Assembly (NCBI GenBank): GCA_965214725.1
Contig: OZ243973.1
Span: forward strand, 1,468,079-1,532,078
Source of the DNA: Dehalococcoidia bacterium
GTDB lineage: Bacteria > Chloroflexota > Dehalococcoidia > UBA6926
Reading direction: 5' to 3'
Length of the DNA stretch: 64,000 nucleotides
A model generated the notes under the pieces. The model did not search any database. It saw nothing but the letters and a program-made list of their open reading frames with translations, and had not been told where the DNA came from. How positions within the stretch are numbered: the first letter of the stretch is position 1; each line of letters begins with the position of its first letter. The position numbers and the translations under genes are program-made. Of the stretch, positions 45,228-54,715 are shown piece by piece.

Positions 45228-46116
45228 CTTGGGTTACCCAGTTGCGCACGTGCCGCATTGCTGTTGTATTCCAGGGTTCTACCCCTTGCCATTCAGCCAT
45301 GTACAAAGCGAATTGGGCTAGTGAAAAGATCCCTCTCTCCATCAAATCTTGTGGCAACTTGTACCGCCAATCCTCAATCCAGCTTTCCTCAATGACATCT
45401 TCTGGAGCACAGTCAATTCGCAGTTTTGCGAGTTCCAAAGCCATCTCCCTGGACATTGTATGCCGCTGATGCCGCTCAATCCACCTGCCTTTGCCCCTGG
45501 GTATCCGCACTGCCCAGAGTTCCCAATTCGCGTCCCAATACGCTTGGAACCGCAAGAATGCCAGCAGTACACGCCCATCCCAGTTCTGGCTCCTTAGCCA
45601 AGGGAACCAACTGCCGAATCGAGCGGGCACTAGCCATCTGGTCCAGACGGCCACCTCTTCCCTTTCCTCCGCCGAAATATCCCGAAGACTATCCTGAAGA
45701 CTGGCAAGCCATTCATCCACCTGAAGCGTCCGCTTGATAGAAACGTCGTTTTCGGGTAAAACGAATATGGGGCGAGTTAGAGTGCCCTCATAATCGGCTC
45801 CGTCGAGATCCGGATACTCAACCCACTCTTCAAAGGGCGCCTCGATGGGCTCTTCAGCATCGAGCAATTTGTTCTCGACAAATGCAACGTAGGCATCCGG
45901 TTCAGAGGGCCCCAATTCTTCAGGCGCGCCTTCGGCCGTGATTGCTTCAGCGTCCGGTTCAGCAATATCATCTGGCAGTTCGACGGGCAGTGAATCAAGC
46001 TTGGGCTGACTAGTTTGCTCGTTCCCAAGCTTGACTTCAATCTGCTGACTGGAAGCAAAGACAAAGTCCTCATCAATCCATCCGTCAGAGTCACCAAAGG
46101 GTTGCTGCTGGATCAT
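45151..46116 (-). CDS. Hypothetical acidic, Trp-rich protein. Its 3' end overlaps the start of the RapA-like gene.
   Basis: 321 aa. D/E-rich N-terminal half. C-terminal half rich in W/R (WLVPARFGSWFPWLRSQNWDGR...WIEDWRYKLPQD...EWQGVEPWN). An AGAGGG RBS lies 9 nt upstream of the ATG at 46116. No family was recognised. Confidence 0.5.
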   Translation of the reverse strand: MIQQQPFGDSDGWIDEDFVFASSQQIEVKLGNEQTSQPKLDSLPVELPDDIAEPDAEAITAEGAPEELGPSEPDAYVAFVENKLLDAEEPIEAPFEEWVEYPDLDGADYEGTLTRPIFVLPENDVSIKRTLQVDEWLASLQDSLRDISAEEREEVAVWTRWLVPARFGSWFPWLRSQNWDGRVLLAFLRFQAYWDANWELWAVRIPRGKGRWIERHQRHTMSREMALELAKLRIDCAPEDVIEESWIEDWRYKLPQDLMERGIFSLAQFALYMAEWQGVEPWNTTAMRHVRNWVTQDEWKALTEWYGDDDFHEYERWHEQK

Positions 46117-46144
46117 TCGGGGTGCCCTCTAGCTGTGCGTTAGG

Positions 46145-46150
46145 ATTATG
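46145..46150 (-). promoter_or_regulatory. Candidate -10 element (CATAAT on the minus strand) within a short AT-rich patch upstream of the 321-aa gene.
   Basis: An AT-rich island (gcacatatattctgagatttacac) in otherwise GC-rich DNA. CATAAT lies about 30 nt upstream of the ATG. Confidence 0.2.
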
Positions 46151-46171
46151 CTAGCACATATATTCTGAGAT

Positions 46172-46573
46172 TTACACCCGCCCTGCGCCCTCTGCTGCGC
46201 ACTCCTCGTCTTGTTCTCCTGTGCCGCCGCCTACGCCTACGGCGCCGATGACCTCGCCGTCTTTCTCGATGGGCACTGCGCCTAGGTCCAGGATCATGTG
46301 GTCGCCCTCGCCCGCCTTGATGCCCTGGAAGATTGGCCTGTCCGCCATCGCCTGAAAGACACCGCTCGGGCGCTTGAACGCCGCGGATGCGATGGCCTTG
46401 CCGTGCGAGCCGTACACGCCCGCCCAGATCGCGTCATCCATCCTCGCGAACGCGACGAGCCGGCCGCCCGCGTCAACGACGGCGATGCTCATCTTCGTTC
46501 CCTGCTCATTCGCTTTCTCGATGGCGCCCTCGATGACCCTGTTCGCCTCCTCCAACGTGATTGCGCGTGCCAT
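46172..46573 (-). CDS. GlcG/DUF336-family (putative heme-binding) protein.
   Basis: 133 aa: MARAITLEEANRVIEGAIEKANEQGTKMSIAVVDAGGRLVAFARMDDA...GVGGGTGEQDE. GGAGG lies upstream of the ATG at 46573. The longer ORF-track version (to 47488) runs antisense through surE and is rejected. Confidence 0.6.
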   Translation of the reverse strand: MARAITLEEANRVIEGAIEKANEQGTKMSIAVVDAGGRLVAFARMDDAIWAGVYGSHGKAIASAAFKRPSGVFQAMADRPIFQGIKAGEGDHMILDLGAVPIEKDGEVIGAVGVGGGTGEQDEECAAEGAGRV

Positions 46574-46726
46574 TGTTCTTCCTCCTTGTCTGCCTTGCCT
46601 GCCGATGCTGCGTTTATGGTAGCGTACTGCGCAGCCCCGATAGATGCCCGCATGCGTGTGATCTGCGGATGAGGCGAGAGGGGGCAATCTGTTCGCGAGA
46701 GTGACCGAATAGGGTAGACTTGCGGC

Positions 46727-47515
46727 GTGCGAATCCTGTTGACGAACGATGATGGCATCCACGCGCCCGGCATTCTCGCGTTGGCGAGAGCGATGCGCGG
46801 GCTCGGCGAGGTCACCATCGTCGCGCCGGACCGCGAGCAGAGCGGCATGGGCGCGAGTTTCACGATGCATCGGCCGGTGCGGGTACGCCGCCTGCGGACG
46901 CGCGGCACGCGCCAGTATGCCATCGATGGGACGCCGGGAGATGCAGTCATCGTCGCGCTTGGCCACATCATGACGGATGAGAAGCCGGACCTGGTTATCT
47001 CCGGCATCAATCACGGGACAAACCTGGGCGCGGACGTGTTTCTGTCCGGGACGGTGGGCGCCGCGCTCCATGCGCATATCCGCGGCATCCCCGCCATGGC
47101 CATCTCCATGCCGCTGCGCAAACGCACGCGGTACCGGACAGGGGCGACGGTGGCGCGCGCGCTGGCGGAACGCATCCTGAGTGAACAGGAGCGATACGCA
47201 GGCCTCCTCTTTAACGTGACGGTGCCAAACCTGGGGCTGGACGCGCTGCGCGGAGTCGAAATCACCAACCTCGTTCCGCGCGCCGTCAATTTTGAGGTGA
47301 CGCACGGGAATGATGGGCGGCGGGACTACTACTGGATCGGTATCGAACGGACAACGCGGCCGCGCGGCGGAATCGACATTCAGGAGGGGACGGACGTGTG
47401 GGCGCTGCGCGAGAAAAAGGTTTCCATTACGCCGGTGCAGATGGACGCGACGGCATATGGCGCAATAGAGAGGCTGGACGGGCTGCAAGCAGCGGTGTCA
47501 AAGCTGACGGAGTGA
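46727..47515 (+). CDS. surE: 5'/3'-nucleotidase SurE.
   Basis: MRILLTNDDGIHAPGILALA...SGINHGTNLG. This is the SurE signature. Confidence 0.85.
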   Translation: MRILLTNDDGIHAPGILALARAMRGLGEVTIVAPDREQSGMGASFTMHRPVRVRRLRTRGTRQYAIDGTPGDAVIVALGHIMTDEKPDLVISGINHGTNLGADVFLSGTVGAALHAHIRGIPAMAISMPLRKRTRYRTGATVARALAERILSEQERYAGLLFNVTVPNLGLDALRGVEITNLVPRAVNFEVTHGNDGRRDYYWIGIERTTRPRGGIDIQEGTDVWALREKKVSITPVQMDATAYGAIERLDGLQAAVSKLTE

Positions 47516-47601
47516 TTTGACGCGGGGGGCGCCAAGCCGGATTGACGCCGGGACAGCAAGCGGTTAGGATTAACGCATAACAAGCCCTCTGGATTTCGAT
47601 C

Positions 47602-47641
47602 CTTGGGTGCGGGGTTGCCTAGAGGCAACCCCAGCTTTTTT
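47602..47641 (+). terminator. Rho-independent terminator hairpin.
   Basis: gcGGGGTTGCC-taga-GGCAACCCCagc followed by TTTTTTTT. Confidence 0.7.
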
Positions 47642-47653
47642 TGGGGACGCATA

Positions 47654-48283
47654 ATGGCTCGGTTGTACGCGTACGTCGATGGTTTCAATTTCTATTATGG
47701 CGCCGTCAAAAACACTCCGTACAAATGGCTGGACTTCGGGGAGCTTTGCCGCACGTTGTTTCCGCGTCACGAGATTGGTCAAATCCGTTACTTCACATCA
47801 CTCGTCGCGGTACGTGAGAAAGACCCTCAGCAGAGACTCCGCCAAGAGGTCTATCTCCGCGCACTTCAGACCGTTCCAAAGCTAAGCATCCACTACGGCC
47901 AGTTTCAGGACAATACGATTTACCGTCCGCTCGCAAATGCCTCGCCGGACTTCGACAATCTGGTCGCCGTTCTCGATACGCGAGAAAAGGCCTCTGATGT
48001 GAATTTGGCCTCATATCTGCTCATGGATGCGTTCAAGGGTTCTTTCGATGTGGCGGTCGTTTTCTCCAATGATTCTGACCTCGCCACACCCATACGTTTG
48101 GCGGTGACAGAACTCGGCAAAGAGATTGGCGTCTATGGAACACGCCGGCGCGTAACGCATCGGCTTTCTGAATTCGCCGCCTGGACCAGGAGCCTGCGGC
48201 AGGGCCCTCTTCGCGCCAGCCAATTCCCTGACCGGATTATTGATGCGGATGGCAGGACTATCACAAAGCCCGCCTCGTGGTGA
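47654..48283 (+). CDS. NYN-domain (LabA-like, PIN-like RNase fold) protein.
   Basis: MARLYAYVDGFNFYYG...FTSLVAV...DVNLASYLLMDA...VVFSNDSDL. This is the NYN domain signature. The ATG at 47654 lies directly after the terminator T-tract. Confidence 0.7.
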   Translation: MARLYAYVDGFNFYYGAVKNTPYKWLDFGELCRTLFPRHEIGQIRYFTSLVAVREKDPQQRLRQEVYLRALQTVPKLSIHYGQFQDNTIYRPLANASPDFDNLVAVLDTREKASDVNLASYLLMDAFKGSFDVAVVFSNDSDLATPIRLAVTELGKEIGVYGTRRRVTHRLSEFAAWTRSLRQGPLRASQFPDRIIDADGRTITKPASW

Positions 48284-48359
48284 CATAGCGCCCGTCTTGA
48301 GTGGATGCCCCCCGGCCGCATTGACGGAATAGGGCTTTCAGTGCTATTTTCCTATCTGA

Positions 48360-48390
48360 GACGGGTGTAAACCCGTCATTTTTTACGAAA
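48360..48390 (+). terminator. Rho-independent terminator-like hairpin.
   Basis: GACGGGT-gtaa-ACCCGTC followed by ATTTTTTA. Confidence 0.55.
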
Positions 48391-48415
48391 AGCGTAGGAG
48401 GGCAAACCAACCATC

Positions 48416-50485
48416 ATGGCAGTTCCCGCGTCCCTAGGCGCCGGAGTTTTGGCGCTGATCTTTGCAGGCATCCTCATCATCCGCGTAATGCGGGTTGATC
48501 AGGGGAACGAGACGATGCAGCGCATCGCTGTCGCAATTCAGCAGGGCGCGATGGCTTTCCTGCGCCGCGAATACACATACCTCGCCGCCTTCGTTATTGT
48601 TGTGGCCATCATCGTCGCCCTTCTTGTTGAGCCGCGCACGGCGGTCGCCTATATCCTCGGCGCCTTGGTGTCCGCAGCCACGGGTTTGCTGGGCATGCTC
48701 GTCGCGACGCGAGCAAACGTGCGGACCGCTGCGGCGGCCATGCATGGCCTCAACCCGGCGTTGCGCGTCGCATTCTCAAGCGGCGCAGTCATGGGGATGT
48801 CCGTTGTGGGGCTTGGACTGCTCGGCGTTGGACTCATGTATGTGGTCTACTCCAACATCTATCCTGACATTGACGCCGCCGAGATCATGAAGTGGGTGGC
48901 CGGTTTCAGCTTTGGCGCATCCTCCATTGCGCTGTTCGCCCGCGTGGGCGGTGGCATCTATACGAAGGCGGCGGACGTGGGCGCAGACCTGGTCGGAAAG
49001 GTGGAGCAGGGCATCCCGGAGGATGATCCGCGCAACCCCGCCACCATCGCCGATAACGTCGGTGATAACGTGGGCGACGTCGCAGGCATGGGCGCTGATC
49101 TCTTTGAATCCTACGTCGGCTCCATCATCGCCGCCATGGCCATTGCAGCGACGGCGTACGCCATCGCAGATTATGACGCCTCATTCATGGTGCTCCCCAT
49201 GGCCATTGCCGGGGCGGGCATCGCGAGCTCCATCGTCGGGACATTCCTTGTTCGCTCGGGCGAGCAAGCCTCATTCGCAAGCCTCCTGTGGTCGATTCGC
49301 CGCGGTATATTCGCCGCCGCCATCCTCGTTGGCATCGCCACATACGCGGTTGTCAACGTTCTGGAGTTCACTGATGTTGAGGTGGGCGGCAGCATGGTTG
49401 CGGCCGAGGATGTGGGGATTCGGTTGTTTGGCGCCGTGCTGGCCGGCCTCATCGGCGGTGTCATCATCGGTCTCGTCACGGAGTATTACACCTCGTATGA
49501 TTACGGCCCCACGCAGCGGGTCTCACAAGCCGGCGAGACCGGCCCAGCCACTGTCATCATCAGCGGATTCGCCACCGCCATGCAGAGCACGGTTGTGCCG
49601 GTCCTGGTGGTTGGCGCGGCAATCTGGATCGCCTTTGAACTGTTTGAGTTCTATGGCGTAGCCATCGCCGCCGTGGGGATGCTCTCCACACTGGGCATCA
49701 CACTCGCGACGGACGCGTACGGCCCTGTCGCGGACAATGCTGGCGGCATTGCTGAACAATCCCATCTTGATCCGGAGGTTCGTGAGCGGACAGACGCGCT
49801 CGACTCATTGGGCAATACGACGGCCGCAACCGGCAAAGGCTTCGCCATCGGCTCCGCGGCGCTAACAGCCCTAGCCTTGATGGCGGCCTACGCGCAGGCA
49901 GTTGACCTGACAGTGATCAGCCTGCTCGACTCCAAGACCTTGGTCGGCCTATTCATCGGCGCGATGCTCCCATTCCTCTTCTCCGCGTTCACCATGGCGG
50001 CCGTTGGCCGCGCGGCGAATGCAATGGTCAATGAGGTGCGGCGCCAATTCCGCGAGATCCCCGGCATCATGGAGGGGACGGCAGAGCCGGAGTATGCACG
50101 GTGCGTGGACATCAGCACGCGGGGCGCGCTCCGAGAGATGATTGTTCCGGGTATCCTGGCAGTCGTCGCGCCGGTTCTGGTCGGCGTCCTCATGGGTAAA
50201 GAGGCCCTGGGCGGCCTGCTCATCGGCTCCATCGCGGCCGGTTTCATGATTGCGATTACGATGGCCAACGCGGGCGGCACCTGGGACAACGCCAAGAAAT
50301 TCGTTGAGACGGGCAATTTCGGCGGCAAGGGAACGAGCCATCACGAGGCGACCGTCGTGGGTGACACCGTTGGCGATCCATTCAAGGACACAAGCGGGCC
50401 ATCCCTCAACATCCTGCTCAAACTCATGTCCATCGTGGCGCTGGTCTTCGCCCCCTTCTTCCTCGACTACGGCCCGATCCTGTAG
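48416..50485 (+). CDS. hppA: Membrane-bound H+-translocating pyrophosphatase.
   Basis: 689 aa. Motifs GGIYTKAADVGADLVGKVE, DNVGDNVGD and GNTTAATGKG. Confidence 0.9.
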   Translation: MAVPASLGAGVLALIFAGILIIRVMRVDQGNETMQRIAVAIQQGAMAFLRREYTYLAAFVIVVAIIVALLVEPRTAVAYILGALVSAATGLLGMLVATRANVRTAAAAMHGLNPALRVAFSSGAVMGMSVVGLGLLGVGLMYVVYSNIYPDIDAAEIMKWVAGFSFGASSIALFARVGGGIYTKAADVGADLVGKVEQGIPEDDPRNPATIADNVGDNVGDVAGMGADLFESYVGSIIAAMAIAATAYAIADYDASFMVLPMAIAGAGIASSIVGTFLVRSGEQASFASLLWSIRRGIFAAAILVGIATYAVVNVLEFTDVEVGGSMVAAEDVGIRLFGAVLAGLIGGVIIGLVTEYYTSYDYGPTQRVSQAGETGPATVIISGFATAMQSTVVPVLVVGAAIWIAFELFEFYGVAIAAVGMLSTLGITLATDAYGPVADNAGGIAEQSHLDPEVRERTDALDSLGNTTAATGKGFAIGSAALTALALMAAYAQAVDLTVISLLDSKTLVGLFIGAMLPFLFSAFTMAAVGRAANAMVNEVRRQFREIPGIMEGTAEPEYARCVDISTRGALREMIVPGILAVVAPVLVGVLMGKEALGGLLIGSIAAGFMIAITMANAGGTWDNAKKFVETGNFGGKGTSHHEATVVGDTVGDPFKDTSGPSLNILLKLMSIVALVFAPFFLDYGPIL

Positions 50486-50632
50486 TAGGACTCCGATTTC
50501 AGATACGCGGGCGCAGCAGCCGCTGCGTCCGCATATGCTGCTGAATGGAGCCGGACGCATCGCGTATCTGATAGGGGTTTGTGGTTCCTTAACTCCGCCG
50601 CCCCTCACCGTCTCGTCTACAATAGAAAGACT

Positions 50633-52159
50633 ATGACCACTACTGCCGCTATCACGGAGGTTGCGCTTGAGCCCGTCATCGGGCTTGAGGTGCACGCGCA
50701 GCTGTTGACCAATAGCAAGATGTTCTGTGGCTGTTCCACTGACTACACGGGCTCGGAGCCCAATACGCGTGTCTGCCCGGTTTGCATGGGCCTGCCGGGA
50801 ACTCTGCCCGTCATCAATCAGCAAGCTATTGCAGCGACTATCATGACCGCCCTCGCCCTTAACTGTGAGATTGCGACCGATACTAAGTTTGATCGCAAGA
50901 ACTACCCGTATCCGGACCTGATGAAGGGCTACCAAATCTCGCAGTATGACCTGCCGTTGACACGCAACGGCTGGCTGGGGATTGAGACAGAGGCGGGCGA
51001 GGCGCGCCGGATCGGAATCACCCGCGTTCACCTTGAAGAGGACACTGCGCGACTGACCCATCGCATCGACGTTACGGGGGAGACATACTCTCTTGTTGAC
51101 ATCAACCGCTCCGGCGTCCCCCTCATGGAGGTGGTGGGCGAGCCTGACTTGCGATCCGCAGAGGAGGCGCGGCTCTACCTCACAAAGCTGCGTTCTATCC
51201 TCCAATACCTCGGCGTGTCTACCGGCAACATGGAAGAGGGGAGTTTCCGGTGTGACGCGAATATTTCTATGCGCAAGCCCGGCGATCCACTCCCCAATTG
51301 GAAGGTCGAAGTCAAGAACATGAACTCGTTCCGCGCCGTCTTTCGCGCATTGGAGTTTGAGGTTGAGCGGCAGACAGACCTCTTGCAGCGAGGGGAGCGC
51401 ATCCCACAAGAGACACGCGGATGGTCAGAGGAGGCGGGCGCGACACTCTCACAACGCTCAAAGGAGTACGCGCAGGACTATCGCTATTTCCCTGAGCCCG
51501 ATCTGCCGCCCCTCCTCATCAACGCTGATTGGGTCAATGAGATTCAGCAGGCCTTGCCGGAACTGCCGGATGCGCGTCGTGCCAGGTTCATGCACAGCTT
51601 TGGCTTGTCCTCGTATGATGCGGAACAGCTGACCGCCAGCCGTTCCACTGCCGACTACTTTGAGCAAGTCCTTGCGGCGTCCCCTCCCGCCAACGATGAC
51701 GAGGCACGTGCGCGGGCAAAGGCGGCGGCGAACTGGATCATGGGAGACCTGACGCACCTGCTGAATGAGGCGGATGCAGATGCCGCGCAATCACCTGTCC
51801 CGGCCGCATCCCTCGCCGCCCTGCTGGATCTGATGGATAGCGGCGCCATAAGCGTGCGCATGGCGAAGGATGTCTTTCCGGAGATGTTCAACACGGGCAA
51901 GGGCCCGCAGGAGATTGTCTCGGAACAGGGACTGACACAGATCAACGACCAAGGTGCGCTTGAGGCTGCCGTGCGCGAGGCTATCGAATCGAACCCCAAG
52001 GCCGTTGCCGATTATCAGAAGGGCAAGCAGAACGCCGTCGGCTTTCTCGTTGGGCAGGTCATGCGGGCAACCCGTGGGCAGGCGAACCCACAGGTGGCGA
52101 ACACGCTTGTCGTCCAACATTTGGCGGATAGCGCCCCCGCGGAGGAAACACCATCATGA
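50633..52159 (+). CDS. gatB: Asp-tRNA(Asn)/Glu-tRNA(Gln) amidotransferase subunit B.
   Basis: [23 protein letters not shown]...RCDANISMR...NMNSFRAV. The ATG is at 50633. Confidence 0.9.
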   Translation: MTTTAAITEVALEPVIGLEVHAQLLTNSKMFCGCSTDYTGSEPNTRVCPVCMGLPGTLPVINQQAIAATIMTALALNCEIATDTKFDRKNYPYPDLMKGYQISQYDLPLTRNGWLGIETEAGEARRIGITRVHLEEDTARLTHRIDVTGETYSLVDINRSGVPLMEVVGEPDLRSAEEARLYLTKLRSILQYLGVSTGNMEEGSFRCDANISMRKPGDPLPNWKVEVKNMNSFRAVFRALEFEVERQTDLLQRGERIPQETRGWSEEAGATLSQRSKEYAQDYRYFPEPDLPPLLINADWVNEIQQALPELPDARRARFMHSFGLSSYDAEQLTASRSTADYFEQVLAASPPANDDEARARAKAAANWIMGDLTHLLNEADADAAQSPVPAASLAALLDLMDSGAISVRMAKDVFPEMFNTGKGPQEIVSEQGLTQINDQGALEAAVREAIESNPKAVADYQKGKQNAVGFLVGQVMRATRGQANPQVANTLVVQHLADSAPAEETPS

Positions 52160-52380
52160 TCACGATTGTCATCCACGTACTGCAGATTCTTATCGCCGTT
52201 TTGCTGGTAGGCGCCATCCTGCTGCAGGTGCGGACACAGGATTTGGGGGGTGTTTTCGGCGCAGGCACGTCCGTGTTTCGCGCCCGGCGCGGCTTTGAGA
52301 AGACGCTCTTTCAGGCGACAATCGGTCTGGCGGTCATCTTCGTCGTGCTGGCAATCGCCAGCTCGCGCTTTACCGGCTAG
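52156..52380 (+). CDS. secG: Preprotein translocase subunit SecG.
   Basis: 74 aa with two TM segments. LLQ...GGVFGAGTS matches the SecG motif (MLQQGKGADMGASFGAG). It overlaps the gatB stop (ATGA). Confidence 0.6.
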   Translation: MITIVIHVLQILIAVLLVGAILLQVRTQDLGGVFGAGTSVFRARRGFEKTLFQATIGLAVIFVVLAIASSRFTG

Positions 52381-52828
52381 GCTCAGCAGACCCGTTCGCC
52401 TGCAGGGCGTGCTCGGCTAGGCGCCGCGCGGCCTCGGCCAAGATTGGCTCATCATCACCCTGCGATGGGTTGATATCCGCAAGAAACTCATCGCTCATCT
52501 CAGGCGACGGGAACTGGTCAGGCCAGAAAAAGACGAACCCTGCCCCTCGCGCAGTCTGCTGATCCAGCGGGCGATCCCCAACGTGCCAGTAGGTGACCAG
52601 GTCCGGGTAGCGCTCCTTCAGTGTTGGCATATGGTGCTTGAGGATAGCGAAATCCGGTTCCAGCCCATACCCTCGCCACATGATCCACTGCGAGCTCTCC
52701 GGCCGGTCTGATGCGCTGCCGATGATCGCACCCTTTGACCGAAAGTACTCAACATGCTCATTTGTGAGGATGCCGTTGGGATCCCCAAACTCCATTGTCC
52801 CGTCGATGTCGAACGTGATTAACCACAT
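52370..52828 (-). CDS. HAD-superfamily hydrolase (small).
   Basis: MWLITFDIDGTMEF (HAD motif I, DxDGT) ...HVGDRPLD. The ATG is at 52828. The upstream extension in the ORF track overlaps cysS and is rejected. Confidence 0.5.
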   Translation of the reverse strand: MWLITFDIDGTMEFGDPNGILTNEHVEYFRSKGAIIGSASDRPESSQWIMWRGYGLEPDFAILKHHMPTLKERYPDLVTYWHVGDRPLDQQTARGAGFVFFWPDQFPSPEMSDEFLADINPSQGDDEPILAEAARRLAEHALQANGSAEPSR

Positions 52829-52853
52829 AGGCGCAACCAAGCCTCCCGCATGT

Positions 52854-54221
52854 TCAGCGTTCCAGCCGCCACTCCGTGCCGCGCGGCGTGTCCTCCAGCA
52901 CAACCCCCAGCCCGGCGAGCCGGTCACGCAGATCATCCGCCAACGCGAACTGCTTTTCAACGCGCAGCGCAGCCCGCGTGTCAACGAGAAGCTGGACAAA
53001 GGGGGCAATATCACCCGTTCCACCGGATTCTGCCTGCTCCAGCCTGAGGCCCAGCACCCCGCCAAGTTCGCGCAGGAGGGCGCACGCCTCTGACACATTG
53101 GCCCCCTCACCGGCAAGGCGGTTGATCTCCCGCGCCATATCAAACAGGGCGGCCAGCGCTTGCGGCGTATTCAGATCATCATCCATGGCCTCATGGAACC
53201 GCTCCCTGAAAACATCGACGTTTGGCGAATCACCCGTCCCGCCCGTTGCCCACGCGGCCCTGCTCAGCCGCTCAGCCGCGCGAGCGGAGGCTGCCATCCC
53301 CTCATCTGTCCAGGTCAGTGGCATACGGTAATGAGATGTCAGCACAAAGACGCGAAAGGCATCCGCGCCGTGCCGCTCAATGACATCCCGGATGGACACG
53401 AGATTGCCGAGCGATTTGCTCATCTTTTCCGCGCCCATTTGCAGGAGGCCGTTATGGAGCCAGTATTGTGCAAACGGCTCAGCCTGCGTAAAAGCCTCCG
53501 TTTGGGCGATCTCATTCTCATGGTGCGGGAAGATGAGGTCCGCGCCGCCGCCATGGATATCGATACGTTCATTCAGATAGCGCAGGGACATTGCTGAGCA
53601 CTCAATGTGCCAGCCGGGTCGGCCGGGACCCCAGGGACTGTCCCAGGACGGCTCGCCCTCCTTCGCCCCCTTCCAGAGCGTGAAATCCAGCGGAGACTCC
53701 TTGCTCTCATTGGGCGCAATACGCGCGCCCGCCATCAGGCCGTCGAGAGTGCGGTGAGACAGCTTGCCGTAATCCGTGAAAGACCCGACACGGAAATACA
53801 CATCACCGTCAGCGGCATACGCATGACCGCGGTCGATCAAGCCCTCGATCATCTGAACCATAGACGGCACCTCGGCCGTGGCGAGTGGGTACGCGTCCGC
53901 GGGCAGCACGTTCAGGAGCCGCATATCCTCCTGAAAGAGGTCCATGTAGCGTCCCGCAAGATCAGAGGCCGCCTCGCCCGTCTCCTGAGACCGCGCGATG
54001 ATCTTATCGTCAATGTCCGTGAAGTTCTGAACGGCGCGCACGGTATAGCCGGTGTGGGTCAGATAACGCCTGACGACGTCAAAGATGACGTAGCTCATTC
54101 CGTGTCCGACGTGTGAATCCGAGTACGGGGTCACGCCGCAGACATACATCAAGACATTGGGGGGATCATGCGGGGTGAAATCCGTCTTCACGCCCGTCAT
54201 CGTGCTTGTCAGACGCAGCAT
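52854..54221 (-). CDS. cysS: Cysteine--tRNA ligase.
   Basis: HVGHGMSY (HIGH motif) and KMSKSLGN. The start may be the internal Met (MTGVKTDF, about 54200). Confidence 0.9.
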   Translation of the reverse strand: MLRLTSTMTGVKTDFTPHDPPNVLMYVCGVTPYSDSHVGHGMSYVIFDVVRRYLTHTGYTVRAVQNFTDIDDKIIARSQETGEAASDLAGRYMDLFQEDMRLLNVLPADAYPLATAEVPSMVQMIEGLIDRGHAYAADGDVYFRVGSFTDYGKLSHRTLDGLMAGARIAPNESKESPLDFTLWKGAKEGEPSWDSPWGPGRPGWHIECSAMSLRYLNERIDIHGGGADLIFPHHENEIAQTEAFTQAEPFAQYWLHNGLLQMGAEKMSKSLGNLVSIRDVIERHGADAFRVFVLTSHYRMPLTWTDEGMAASARAAERLSRAAWATGGTGDSPNVDVFRERFHEAMDDDLNTPQALAALFDMAREINRLAGEGANVSEACALLRELGGVLGLRLEQAESGGTGDIAPFVQLLVDTRAALRVEKQFALADDLRDRLAGLGVVLEDTPRGTEWRLER

Positions 54222-54715
54222 CAGGCCTCGGCCTCAAGCGCAACAATCACGTGAGCGGCAATGACGGGCGCCGCGGACGCGCTCCCAAACGGCAGCCCCT
54301 CAAGGGTCTTGAATTTCAGGTTTACTCTCTCCGGTTCAACAGCGAGAACAGATATGACGGATTGAATCATGGCATCACGGTATGGGCTGAGACGCGGCTC
54401 ATCTGCATAAAGCGTAGCATCCGCATTTCCGAGCCGCAATTGTTGCTCCGCCACCATCTGCCCTGCCTGCCGCAGCAGCATCATGCTGTCCGCGTCCTTG
54501 AACACGGGATCCGTGCTGGGAAAATGCAGGCCGATATCACCCAGCCCGGCCGCGCCCAGCAACGCGTCAATCAGCGCATGCACAAGCACATCGGCATCCG
54601 AATGGCCGTGCAGGCCACGTGAGTGGTCGATCCGCACACCGCCAATGATGAGGTCTCTGCCCTCCACGAGCGGGTGGCTGTCGAACCCGAGCCCGACACG
54701 TATAGCTGCCATCAC
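54221..54715 (-). CDS. ispF: 2-C-methyl-D-erythritol 2,4-cyclodiphosphate synthase.
   Basis: IRVGLGFDSHPL...GHSDADVLVHALIDALLGAAGLGDIG. Confidence 0.9.
   Translation of the reverse strand: MMAAIRVGLGFDSHPLVEGRDLIIGGVRIDHSRGLHGHSDADVLVHALIDALLGAAGLGDIGLHFPSTDPVFKDADSMMLLRQAGQMVAEQQLRLGNADATLYADEPRLSPYRDAMIQSVISVLAVEPERVNLKFKTLEGLPFGSASAAPVIAAHVIVALEAEA

Noticed and set aside
46574-47488. The 438-aa minus-strand ORF 46172..47488.
   Set aside because: Only its last 133 codons (46172..46573) form a recognisable GlcG/DUF336 protein with an RBS. The rest runs antisense through surE and is Arg/Pro-rich, typical of GC-rich antisense frames.
52829-53143. The N-terminal extension of the HAD hydrolase ORF (to 53143).
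   Set aside because: It overlaps cysS on the same strand in another frame. The HAD motif I (FDIDGT) lies right after the Met at 52828.
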